A stretch of 48,489 nucleotides of DNA from an uncultured bacterium. GTDB taxonomy: Bacteria; Patescibacteriota; Minisyncoccia; Phycocordibacterales; UBA9973. Position numbers and translations under genes: made by a program. The notes under the pieces were generated by a model. It was not told the origin of the DNA. It saw nothing but the letters and a program-made list of their open reading frames with translations, and searched no databases. Where the stretch lies: contig CAIVBM010000033.1 of assembly GCA_903904195.1 (NCBI GenBank), positions 1 to 48,489 on the forward strand, given 5' to 3'. Positions 16,712 to 24,430 of the stretch are shown here, piece after piece. Position 1 is the first letter of the stretch; each line of letters begins with the position of its first letter.

Positions 16712-17902
16712 TTAACCAAGAATCTTTGTAACCACTCCTGCTCCGACAGTCTTGCCTCCTTCACGGATAGCGAATCTCTGTGATTCTTCTAGCGCGACTG
16801 GGGTAACCAACTTAACAGTTATTTTTACGGTGTCTCCTGGCATAACCATTTCTGTACCTTCGGCCAAAGTCACATCACCAGTAACGTCAGTAGTTCGGAT
16901 GTAGAACTGAGGCTTGTAACCCTTGAAGAATGGAGTGTGACGTCCACCTTCTTCCTTTTTCAAAACGTAAATTTCTGCAGTAAAGTTATCGTGTGGAGTA
17001 ACAGTACCTGGTTTTGCTAGGACCTGTCCTCGAGTGATATCTTCTTTCTTTAAACCTCGAAGGAGGATACCAGCATTGTCTCCTGCCTGACCTTCCTTTA
17101 GATTCTTGTTAAACATTTCAATACCTGTAACTGTTGATTTCTGTGTAGGCTTGATTCCGACGATTTCTACGTCTTCATCGAGCTTGATTACACCTCTTTC
17201 TATCTTTCCTGTTACGACAGTACCACGGCCTTCGATTGAGAATATGTCTTCCACTGGCATGAGGAATGGCTTTGCCAAATCTCGGACTGGAATAGGAATA
17301 TAAGTATCAAGAGCGTTTGCAAGCTCAAGAATTTTCTTTGCCCATTCATCATCTACAGACTTTGATTCAAGACCCTTTAAGGCTGAACCACGAATAACCG
17401 GACAGTCTTTATCAAAACCTTGTTTAGCAAGTAATTCACGAATTTCTTCTTCAACTAAATCAATCATTTCTTTATCGTCAACCATGTCGCACTTGTTTAA
17501 GAAGACGATTATCTTTGGAACACCAACTTGTTTTGCAAGAAGAACGTGTTCACGAGTTTGAGGCATAGCACCATCTGTCGCTGCAACCACGAGGATCGCA
17601 CCATCCATTTGAGCTGCACCGGTGATCATGTTTTTGATGTAGTCAGCGTGTCCTGGAGCATCAATGTGCGCATAGTGACGAGCGTCAGTAGCGTATTCAT
17701 TGTGAGAAATGTTAATGGTGATTCCACGAGCTCTTTCTTCAGGAGCATTATCAATCTGGTCAACACCTCGAAGTCGGACCTGCTTTCCGGCCATGTTCAA
17801 AACATGCAAAATCGCTGCTGTTAAAGTTGTCTTACCATGGTCAACGTGACCAATAGTTCCGACGTTTACGTGTGGCTTATCTCTTTTAAATTCCTCTGCC
17901 AT
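16712..17902 (-). CDS. tuf: Elongation factor Tu
   Basis: [18 protein letters not shown] and NKCD G-motifs over a full-length 396 aa. Confidence 0.98.
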   Translation of the reverse strand: MAEEFKRDKPHVNVGTIGHVDHGKTTLTAAILHVLNMAGKQVRLRGVDQIDNAPEERARGITINISHNEYATDARHYAHIDAPGHADYIKNMITGAAQMDGAILVVAATDGAMPQTREHVLLAKQVGVPKIIVFLNKCDMVDDKEMIDLVEEEIRELLAKQGFDKDCPVIRGSALKGLESKSVDDEWAKKILELANALDTYIPIPVRDLAKPFLMPVEDIFSIEGRGTVVTGKIERGVIKLDEDVEIVGIKPTQKSTVTGIEMFNKNLKEGQAGDNAGILLRGLKKEDITRGQVLAKPGTVTPHDNFTAEIYVLKKEEGGRHTPFFKGYKPQFYIRTTDVTGDVTLAEGTEMVMPGDTVKITVKLVTPVALEESQRFAIREGGKTVGAGVVTKILG

Positions 17903-18052
17903 ATTATTATTTGGGTTAATAATTAAGACTCAACATACAGGAACCAGTTGCTGAGGCTTAGCTACTAACTTGCCTCGCCATTGGCGTGGGCAAAATTATT
18001 AATTAATAATTGATAAATCAAAACAAAAACTGCAAAAAACGCAGTTAAATAG

Positions 18053-18080
18053 ATACTAGCAAATTTAAAAACATTGTCAA
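18053..18080 (-). promoter_or_regulatory. Promoter TTGACA-16-(TGc)TAGTAT for tuf
   Basis: Reverse complement of 18075-18080 is TTGACA and of 18053-18058 is TAGTAT, preceded by ATTTGC. A ~140-nt leader follows. Confidence 0.55.
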
Positions 18081-18122
18081 CGGCTATTTTGTGTAAAAAA
18101 TTAACACCTAAAAATAGCAAAA

Positions 18123-18146
18123 CCCAGAAGGAATTTTCCGTCTGGG
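18123..18146 (-). terminator. Hairpin CCCAGA-N12-TCTGGG plus T-run (second terminator downstream of island B)
   Basis: Minus strand CCCAGAcggaaaattcctTCTGGG followed by TTTTGCTATTTTT. Confidence 0.45.
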
Positions 18147-18190
18147 CGTACATTTTGATTTGAAAACAAAAGAACTAAATTGGGGAACAC

Positions 18191-18216
18191 GGCACGGGGA
18201 GACTTCTCCCCGTGCC
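18191..18216 (-). terminator. GC-rich hairpin terminator closing island B
   Basis: GGCACGGGGAG-actt-CTCCCCGTGCC, an 11-bp perfect stem. Confidence 0.6.
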
Positions 18217-18267
18217 GACACGAATTCATCTCTGCGATACTTCGTGTATCTCCAATGCCTTTCGGCG

Positions 18268-18552
18268 TTACAAGGTGACAGTGATAGGAACCTTGGGCTC
18301 GGCCGCTAGAGCAGCTTGGCCGAGCTTCCAGATAGCGCTCGTGATATCCGCCCACCTTGCAGGATCATCTGGCCTCATCTCTTTCGGACCAGCGTAGGGA
18401 ACAAACTTCCTGTTACCCACGTCTGCAGGCGAATATATAGAACGCCTCTTGTCGAGTTCTTTGCACAGTGTATTGAAATTGGGATTTTCTTTCCCAATAT
18501 ACATAGTGAGAAGAATCAACAAGTACACATACTCTTCATGAAACTTCGTCAT
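18268..18552 (-). CDS. Island B ORF 2, 94 aa, unknown function
   Basis: ORF track. AAAGGAA sits 3 nt upstream of the ATG, 16 nt after the ORF 1 stop. GC-rich. Confidence 0.45.
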   Translation of the reverse strand: MTKFHEEYVYLLILLTMYIGKENPNFNTLCKELDKRRSIYSPADVGNRKFVPYAGPKEMRPDDPARWADITSAIWKLGQAALAAEPKVPITVTL

Positions 18553-18568
18553 GGGTTCCTTTGGTTGA

Positions 18569-18754
18569 CTAGAGGTGCCGCCTCGCGTGAGCTGTGGTGT
18601 TCACCCCTAGGGTCATGAACTCGAAGTCGGCCGGATCAATTTTCCCCCTGGCGATGATCACCGTCATGTTGGGACCGCCCTTCTGGGCCACAATTTTTTT
18701 GATCCCCGCACGTCGCCGTTGAAACTCTTTCTCTTCATCTGGTGTAAATGCCAT
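18569..18754 (-). CDS. Island B ORF 1, 61 aa, unknown function
   Basis: ORF track. AAAAAGGAGTGTT-ATG provides a strong SD. Confidence 0.45.
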   Translation of the reverse strand: MAFTPDEEKEFQRRRAGIKKIVAQKGGPNMTVIIARGKIDPADFEFMTLGVNTTAHARRHL

Positions 18755-18883
18755 AACACTCCTTTTTCCTTATACACTGCACTAATTCTCTTTTGAAGAA
18801 AGCAACAACTTCTCAACGAACACATCCCGTATTCGTCCAGCCTTCCTCAACGAAAATCTGCACTCGTTTTAATTAGTTTACGA

Positions 18884-18923
18884 TGCAGAATTTTGGAAAC
18901 TTTTTAATTTCCAAAATTCTGCA
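18884..18923. repeat. Perfect 16-bp inverted repeat TGCAGAATTTTGGAAA / TTTCCAAAATTCTGCA with an 8-nt spacer
   Basis: Read directly. A third half-site-like copy, AAAATCTGCAC, lies at 18852-18863. Confidence 0.6.
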
Positions 18924-19017
18924 CGCAAACTATTTCAAAAATTTATTTAAAAGAACAAAAAACACTAAAAAATAGCATAACATATTTTTTAGGAAAAGTA
19001 AAGCTCCAAAGCGTCCT

Positions 19018-21165
19018 TTATTTCCTAGCTGAAATGATAGTTTCGGCTACATTGTTTGGCACCATATCGTAGCGGAAGAATTCCATTGTGAATGAAGCTC
19101 GTCCTTCGGTCATTGAGCGGAGTCCTGTCATATATCCAAACATTTCGGAAAGAGGCACGATGGCTTTGATAACTTTGTTCATTCCCCTGTCTTCCATGCC
19201 TTCGATGAGGGCTCGCTTTGAAGAAAGGTTTCCTGTGACGTCTCCCATGAATTTCTCTGGAGTGACAACTTCCACTTTCATCATCGGTTCAAGAATTACA
19301 GGATTTGCTCGGCGACATGCGTCTTGTATAGCCATAGATGCAGCGATTTTGAAAGCCATTTCATTTGAGTCAACTTCGTGGTAACTACCATCCCAAAGTT
19401 CTACAGAAACATTTACCATTTTGAATCCTGCCAAAACTCCACGATCCAAACCTTCTTTGAATCCTTTTTCACAAGGGGCAATATATTCTTGTGGAATAAC
19501 TCCTCCTTTGATTGTGTTTATGAATTCGAAACCAAGCGATCGCTTTGTATTCTTTGGTAAATCTTCCAACTCTTCTTTGGTAAGGACTTCCATTGGCTTG
19601 ACCTTGATCTTTACGTGACCATAGTTTCCGCGTCCTCCAGACTGCTTGATATATTTACCTTCTGCTTCAGAATGACCATGAATAGTCTCACGATATGCTA
19701 CTTGCGGTTTACCAACATTTGCTTCCACAGCAAATTCGCGTTTCATACGATCCACAATAATTTCCAAATGCAATTCTCCCATACCAGAAATGATGGTCTC
19801 ACCTGTTTCTTGATCAGTTGAAACTTTGAAAGTAGGATCTTCTTGAGCAAGTCTGTTTAGAGCCATACCCATTTTTTCTTGGTCTGCTTTTGTCTTTGGT
19901 TCAATTCGTAGAGAAATAACTGGTTCAGGGAAAACTATTCTATCTAAGATGATTGCATTGTCTTCATCACAAAGAGTGTCTGAAGTAATCGTGTCTTTCA
20001 ATCCGACAGCGGCGGCTATTTCTCCGGCAAAAACTTGTTTCACTTCTTCGCGGTCATTTGCGTGCATTCTCAAAATACGGCCGATGCGTTCTTTGTTTCG
20101 AGTTCGTGGATTGTAAACATAACTGCCGGCAGTAAGAGTTCCGGAATAAACACGGAAGAAAATAAGCTGTCCGACGAATGGATCAGTCGCGACTTTGAAA
20201 GCAAGCGCAGAAAAAGGTTCCGTATCCGAAGCATGTCTGACAATAGCGGCGTCGTTGTTTGGATCTATACCAGTGATTGCGGCGATGTCCGTAGGCGCCG
20301 GCAAGTAATCTATCACGGCATCGAGCACCAACTGAACGCCTTTGTTTTTCAATGCGGAACCGGCGAAAACAGGGAAAATTTCATTTGCGATGACAGCCTT
20401 GCGGAGAGTCTTCTTTAAGACGTCCATGCCGGGAATCATGCCTTCCAAATATTCTGTCATCATCGCATCATCCGTCTCAACTATTTTCTCCACCAATTCG
20501 GAATGATATTTTTCTGCGTCTGCTTTTAGATTTTCTGGAATGTCTTTTTCAATAACTTGGTTACCCATGTCGCCTTCAAAATAGTAAGCCTTCATGCGGA
20601 GCAAATCTATAACTCCTTCGTGTTTTTCTTCGAGACCGATAGGTATCTGCATACGAACTGCTTTTTTTGTAAGTCTGTCTAAAATAGTAGCGTAAGAATG
20701 TTCAAAAGATGCACCTGTTCTGTCTAATTTGTTTACGAAACAAACACGAGGAACTTTGGCTTCATCGGCATATCTCCAGTTTGTTTCAGATTGAGGTTCC
20801 ACTCCGGCCACGCCGTCAAATACGACGACTGCGCCGTCGAGCACGCGAAGAGAACGCTTTACCTCTACGGTAAAGTCGATGTGTCCTGGTGTATCAATGA
20901 TGTTAAAACGATGCTTTTTATTTTTATCTGTCGGAGCATATGTAGGCAACCAGAAACAAGTGACAGCAGCAGAAGTAATAGTGATTCCACGTTCCCTTTC
21001 CTGTTCCATCCAGTCAGTAGTGGTTTCTCCCTCATGCACTTCGCCAATTTTGTGCTTCTTTCCGGTATAAAAAAGAACACGCTCTGTTGTGGTCGTCTTT
21101 CCTGCGTCAATGTGCGCGATAATTCCAAAATTTCTAACTTTTTCTAAAGGATAATCTCGTTCCAT
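19018..21165 (-). CDS. fusA: Elongation factor G
   Basis: [20 protein letters not shown] and NKLD G-motifs. 715 aa, between rpsG and tuf. Confidence 0.98.
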   Translation of the reverse strand: MERDYPLEKVRNFGIIAHIDAGKTTTTERVLFYTGKKHKIGEVHEGETTTDWMEQERERGITITSAAVTCFWLPTYAPTDKNKKHRFNIIDTPGHIDFTVEVKRSLRVLDGAVVVFDGVAGVEPQSETNWRYADEAKVPRVCFVNKLDRTGASFEHSYATILDRLTKKAVRMQIPIGLEEKHEGVIDLLRMKAYYFEGDMGNQVIEKDIPENLKADAEKYHSELVEKIVETDDAMMTEYLEGMIPGMDVLKKTLRKAVIANEIFPVFAGSALKNKGVQLVLDAVIDYLPAPTDIAAITGIDPNNDAAIVRHASDTEPFSALAFKVATDPFVGQLIFFRVYSGTLTAGSYVYNPRTRNKERIGRILRMHANDREEVKQVFAGEIAAAVGLKDTITSDTLCDEDNAIILDRIVFPEPVISLRIEPKTKADQEKMGMALNRLAQEDPTFKVSTDQETGETIISGMGELHLEIIVDRMKREFAVEANVGKPQVAYRETIHGHSEAEGKYIKQSGGRGNYGHVKIKVKPMEVLTKEELEDLPKNTKRSLGFEFINTIKGGVIPQEYIAPCEKGFKEGLDRGVLAGFKMVNVSVELWDGSYHEVDSNEMAFKIAASMAIQDACRRANPVILEPMMKVEVVTPEKFMGDVTGNLSSKRALIEGMEDRGMNKVIKAIVPLSEMFGYMTGLRSMTEGRASFTMEFFRYDMVPNNVAETIISARK

Positions 21166-21176
21166 ATATTATAAAA

Positions 21177-21647
21177 TTACCAAGCAAAATGCGCGAAAGC
21201 TTTGTTGGCTTCGGCCATCTTGTGCGTATCTTCTTTCTTTTTAATAGCTGAACCTTCGTTCTTTGAAGCAGCGATTATTTCATCTGCAAGTTTCAAATGC
21301 ATTGGTTTTCCCTTTCCACCTCGAGCAGCATCGCGAATCCATCGCATAGCTAGGGCGAGCTTTCTCTCTGGACGAACTTCAATAGGAATCTGATAGTTTG
21401 CACCTCCGATTCTCTTTGAACGGACTTCGGTGGAAGGGCCGGCGTTTCTCATTGCCAAATCAAAAATCTCCAGCGGATTCGGATTGCCTGTCTTTTCTTT
21501 AATCACGTCAAAAGTAGCATACATCACCTTGCGGGCGGTTTCCTTTTTTCCGGACCACATGATGTAGTTTATGAACTTCTCCAATTTCGTGGAATTGTAG
21601 ATGAAGTCTGGGGCTACTATATTTCTATTTTTTACTTTTCTTCGCAT
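21177..21647 (-). CDS. rpsG: 30S ribosomal protein S7
   Basis: GKKETARKVMY, VRSKRIGGANYQIPIEV and the C-terminal AFAHFAW. Confidence 0.95.
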   Translation of the reverse strand: MRRKVKNRNIVAPDFIYNSTKLEKFINYIMWSGKKETARKVMYATFDVIKEKTGNPNPLEIFDLAMRNAGPSTEVRSKRIGGANYQIPIEVRPERKLALAMRWIRDAARGGKGKPMHLKLADEIIAASKNEGSAIKKKEDTHKMAEANKAFAHFAW

Positions 21648-21670
21648 AATGTTTATTTAAAATTATTTTT

Positions 21671-22096
21671 TTATTTTGCTTTCGCTTCCTTTGGTTTCTT
21701 GTTTCCATAGAGCGAACGTCCTTGTCTCCTCTTTTCAACTCCCTGCGTATCCAAAACTCCGCGAACAACGTGATATCTGACTCCGATAAGGTCCTTCACG
21801 CGTCCTCCGCGAATCATGACCACAGAGTGTTCTTGCAAGTTGTGGCCTTCACCCGGAATATATGCGGTGACTTCCATGCCGTTTGTCAATCTGACTCTGG
21901 CTATCTTTCGGAGAGCTGAGTTTGGCTTCTTTGGAGTAGTAGTAGAAACTTTGGTGCAGACACCTCGTTTGAAAGGTGAAGAGAAAAATACTGGTCTGTT
22001 TTTAAGTACGTTGAAACCACGTGTCAAAGCAACCGTCTTGTCTTTCGGATGTGCCTTAACTCTATTTTTCTTGATTAATTGATTTATTGTTGGCAT
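21671..22096 (-). CDS. rpsL: 30S ribosomal protein S12
   Basis: [29 protein letters not shown] and [14 protein letters not shown]. Confidence 0.96.
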   Translation of the reverse strand: MPTINQLIKKNRVKAHPKDKTVALTRGFNVLKNRPVFFSSPFKRGVCTKVSTTTPKKPNSALRKIARVRLTNGMEVTAYIPGEGHNLQEHSVVMIRGGRVKDLIGVRYHVVRGVLDTQGVEKRRQGRSLYGNKKPKEAKAK

Positions 22097-22162
22097 TTGT
22101 TGTCTTTTATGTAAACAAAATAGCCCGTAAGGACTATACGAAACAATATACTATTTAAATAA

Positions 22163-22795
22163 CTAAAACGCAAGGCCGGTCAGAAAGTGGAAAAGAAATG
22201 ACAATATCGGCAATAAATAGTCCGACAAGAAAACAATGAAAACGAGGAGAATGATGAGTGAATATTGTTCATAAGTGACGATAAAAGAAGCTGAAGAATC
22301 GGGCAAAAGAGAGAAAATTATTTTAGAACCATCGAGCGGAGGGATGGGAACAAGGTTAAATATGCCCAAAGCCAAATTCACCACGACTATAACAGAAGTT
22401 ATAAAATAAAAACCCGCAGGTAAGGCCAGATTGATAGTAAGACGAATAATAATGCCAAATATAATCGCCAAAGAAAAATTGGCTAAAATCCCAGCGAGAG
22501 CTACCCACATAGTCCCCCACTTTTTATTACTCAAATTATCTGGATTATATGGCACTGGTTTTGCCCAACCAAAAAGAAGTGGATGGCCAGTCGCCTTTGT
22601 AGAAATGTAAAGTACTATCGGCAAAATAATAGAACCAAAAATGTCTAAGTGGTTTAGAGGATTTAAAGTCAGACGTCCAGCAAAACGTGCAGTCTTGTCG
22701 CCAAAATATTCCGCCATGAAACCATGAGCCACTTCGTGAATAACGATGGACATCACAAGTATTATGATATAGAAAAATGCGTTGGTTGCATCCAT
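22163..22795 (-). CDS. Peptidase M50 (site-2 protease family) integral membrane metalloprotease
   Basis: HEVAHGF HExxH motif within a TM helix, several TM segments and PPLDGSK. Start set to the ATG at 22795 to avoid overlapping rpmB. Confidence 0.75.
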   Translation of the reverse strand: MDATNAFFYIIILVMSIVIHEVAHGFMAEYFGDKTARFAGRLTLNPLNHLDIFGSIILPIVLYISTKATGHPLLFGWAKPVPYNPDNLSNKKWGTMWVALAGILANFSLAIIFGIIIRLTINLALPAGFYFITSVIVVVNLALGIFNLVPIPPLDGSKIIFSLLPDSSASFIVTYEQYSLIILLVFIVFLSDYLLPILSFLFHFLTGLAF

Positions 22796-22827
22796 ATTAA
22801 TTCCATGATAGCATATGGAAACTACAT

Positions 22828-23073
22828 ATGAAAATATGCGCAATAACAAAAAAGAGTTCAATTATGGGAGGCGGGTACTCTAACAGGACTCGTGCCACAA
22901 AATTTAACCCCACAGGCAGAGTACGAAAGAACCTAAATCTTCAAAAGAAGAAGATTTTTGTGCCTGAAATCAATAAATCCATAATCATAAAAGTTTCTAC
23001 CCAAGGCATGCGCACGATGAAAAAACGCGGCGCCTACGTCACCCTCCTCAAAGCCGGACTCATCAAAGCATAA
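22828..23073 (+). CDS. rpmB: 50S ribosomal protein L28
   Basis: MKICAITKK..G...S, then NLNLQKKKIF, then VSTQGMRTMKKRG. This follows the L28 pattern. Confidence 0.8.
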   Translation: MKICAITKKSSIMGGGYSNRTRATKFNPTGRVRKNLNLQKKKIFVPEINKSIIIKVSTQGMRTMKKRGAYVTLLKAGLIKA

Positions 23074-23103
23074 AAAAACCTCACATTCAGTGAGGTTTTT
23101 TTA
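23072..23103. terminator. Bidirectional terminator AAAAAAACCTCAC-attca-GTGAGGTTTTTTT
   Basis: Hairpin flanked by an A-run and a T-run, between convergent rpmB and 23134-23493. Confidence 0.6.
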
Positions 23104-23133
23104 TTAACATGAACTGTTCTTGCTACTTAAAAT

Positions 23134-23493
23134 CTATTTCCATTTTCCCAGCTCTTCATCCAAAGTAGAACCTTTAAGAATATTTTCTAAAGTTAAATTT
23201 AATGCTGATCCGTCTGCTGTTTTCCCTCGTAAAATTTCTATACATTTTCTTGCTTCTTCTGCCTTTTCAGGTGTAGCGGAAAATCTTGGAGATTTATATG
23301 ATTCACCAAAAGATTGGATCTGAAACTTACCACCCACATTTTCTAATGTCATTTCTTTCCATTCTAAATCTTTAGGCCCCTTTGGGCCTTTTGCTCGCTC
23401 CTGTGCTAAAATATTTTCAGCCGGCTTAGACATCGGTCTATCAACTTGAGCTTTTTTCATACTTTTTTCTAAATTTTCAAGGTCTTGTTTCAT
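23134..23493 (-). CDS. Hypothetical 119-aa protein
   Basis: ORF track. No recognisable motif. Confidence 0.5.
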   Translation of the reverse strand: MKQDLENLEKSMKKAQVDRPMSKPAENILAQERAKGPKGPKDLEWKEMTLENVGGKFQIQSFGESYKSPRFSATPEKAEEARKCIEILRGKTADGSALNLTLENILKGSTLDEELGKWK

Positions 23494-23529
23494 AATTTTA
23501 AAGGTTAGATAATAATAGTACTAATACTA

Positions 23530-23540
23530 CCCCCCCCCCC
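23530..23540. repeat. Homopolymeric C11 (G11 on the minus strand) tract
   Basis: Counted directly. It lies between a TTGCTA -35-like box (23550-23555) and a TAGTAT -10 box (23524-23529) on the minus strand. Confidence 0.9.
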
Positions 23541-23582
23541 ACACCTCTTTAGCAAGTTTAGTTATGCACAACTAAAACCACA

Positions 23583-23610
23583 CCACTTTTGGACGGCCGT
23601 CTAGAATTGG
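23583..23610 (+). repeat. Palindromic repeat copy 1 (CCACTTTTGGACGGCCGTCTAGAATTGG + GTTTTATTT)
   Basis: Shares the TTTGGACGGCCGTCTA core and G/T-tract tail with the copy at 24118-24145. It abuts the stop of 23614-24123. Confidence 0.6.
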
Positions 23611-23613
23611 GTT

Positions 23614-24123
23614 TTATTTCTGCGCTTTTATACTTTCAATCTTAAATATCCTCACACACTTGCCAACACCGAGCAAATCAAGCCGAGCAATAAATTCTTT
23701 CGGCAAGGGACCTTTCCCCAGCCAAACGCTTTGCTGCAACATTTCAAAATCCCATAATTTTAAATGCAAGCGAAGCCAATTTCTGGTTTTCCTTTTCTTT
23801 TCCGGTATATCAAACAAAACCATAACTTTTGTATTCCCTATCGGCTTTACTAGTATTTTCGCAAATAGAGTTTGTCGTCTTAGAATATTTTTATTTAAGA
23901 TAACACCTTTTTCAGAATCAAAATCTAATATTCCCTTCTTTTTGAGTCTGTATAAATTTTTATTAAACAATTCATTACTAAGTATTCGTCTCTTCTGCAC
24001 TAATTCATAAAGCACTCTTCTTTGAATTCTGAGCGAATAACAAGACAGTAATTGACTGATAATAAGATCGCTAAAAGAAGCCTCATCTTTCCAATGTTTT
24101 TGCATCTGCATAGTATACCACAT
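23614..24123 (-). CDS. wHTH plus Cas2-fold (PaaX-like) domain protein
   Basis: The C-terminal half, KVMVLFDIPEKKRKTRNWLRLHLKLWDFEMLQQSVWLGKG, follows the Cas2/PaaX ferredoxin-fold pattern (beta-strand, DI, basic helix, QxSVW). The N-terminal half resembles a winged helix (YELVQK...LYRLKKKGIL). Confidence 0.5.
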   Translation of the reverse strand: MWYTMQMQKHWKDEASFSDLIISQLLSCYSLRIQRRVLYELVQKRRILSNELFNKNLYRLKKKGILDFDSEKGVILNKNILRRQTLFAKILVKPIGNTKVMVLFDIPEKKRKTRNWLRLHLKLWDFEMLQQSVWLGKGPLPKEFIARLDLLGVGKCVRIFKIESIKAQK

Positions 24124-24145
24124 TTGGACGGCCGTCTAAATGTGG
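24118..24145 (+). repeat. Palindromic repeat copy 2 (CCACATTTGGACGGCCGTCTAAATGTGG + GTTTTTTTTA)
   Basis: 28-nt near-perfect palindrome whose only two deviations are G-T wobble positions. It contains the ATG (24123) of the Cas2-fold gene in its stem. Confidence 0.6.
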
Positions 24146-24151
24146 GTTTTT

Positions 24152-24415
24152 TTATTTAGCTTTTTGTTCTGGAGAGTTTTCGCTTTTCCCTAAACGACTA
24201 ATTGCAACAGGTAGATTTTCAGGATTGATCTTCATACCTTTAATATCAAGTACTTGAAGCACCGAACCATTCTGATATTGAATAGCGTAACCAATGCGTG
24301 ACATATTTTTGACTTTTTTTGAACTCACCTCCGGCAATTTGAGCCTTGCCCTGTAATCAGAAACTAATTCTGGTTTTATATTTTCTGCCTGTGGGGGTTT
24401 ATTAAATTGAGACAT
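24152..24415 (-). CDS. Hypothetical 87-aa protein
   Basis: ORF track. No recognisable motif. Confidence 0.5.
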   Translation of the reverse strand: MSQFNKPPQAENIKPELVSDYRARLKLPEVSSKKVKNMSRIGYAIQYQNGSVLQVLDIKGMKINPENLPVAISRLGKSENSPEQKAK

Positions 24416-24430
24416 GGCTCAATTATATCA

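Noticed and set aside
17935-17995. GC-rich patch in the tuf leader as a degraded tRNA gene
   Set aside because: Local hairpins exist (TTGCC..GGCAA, GCC..GGC), but there is no acceptor/T-arm arrangement. It is treated as ordinary 5' UTR structure.
17965-18355. Minus-strand ORFs 17965-18153 and 18101-18355
   Set aside because: They run across the tuf promoter and leader and across two terminator hairpins. They have no SD or sensible start context.
13128-18797. GC-rich intergenic islands as large structured RNAs (RNase P RNA, tmRNA, group I/II introns, SRP RNA)
   Set aside because: I looked for several hallmarks and found none. These were GGAAAGTCC-type P4 sequence, a tRNA-like GGTTCGA T-arm with a CCA end, a tag-peptide frame, and GTGYG 5' ends. 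The segments instead contain SD-led ORFs with coupled stop/start overlaps. A covariance-model scan is still needed to be sure.
24126-24140. Resemblance of GCCGTCTAAA / GCCGTCTAGAA to the Neisseria DNA uptake sequence GCCGTCTGAA
   Set aside because: The match is partial, only two copies exist and the taxon is unrelated. This is most likely coincidence arising from the GACGGCCGTC palindrome.
23583-24145. Possible CRISPR array next to the Cas2-fold gene
   Set aside because: There are only two repeat copies. They are about 535 bp apart with a whole gene between them, are themselves palindromic and carry U-tracts. No regular repeat-spacer periodicity exists anywhere in the window.
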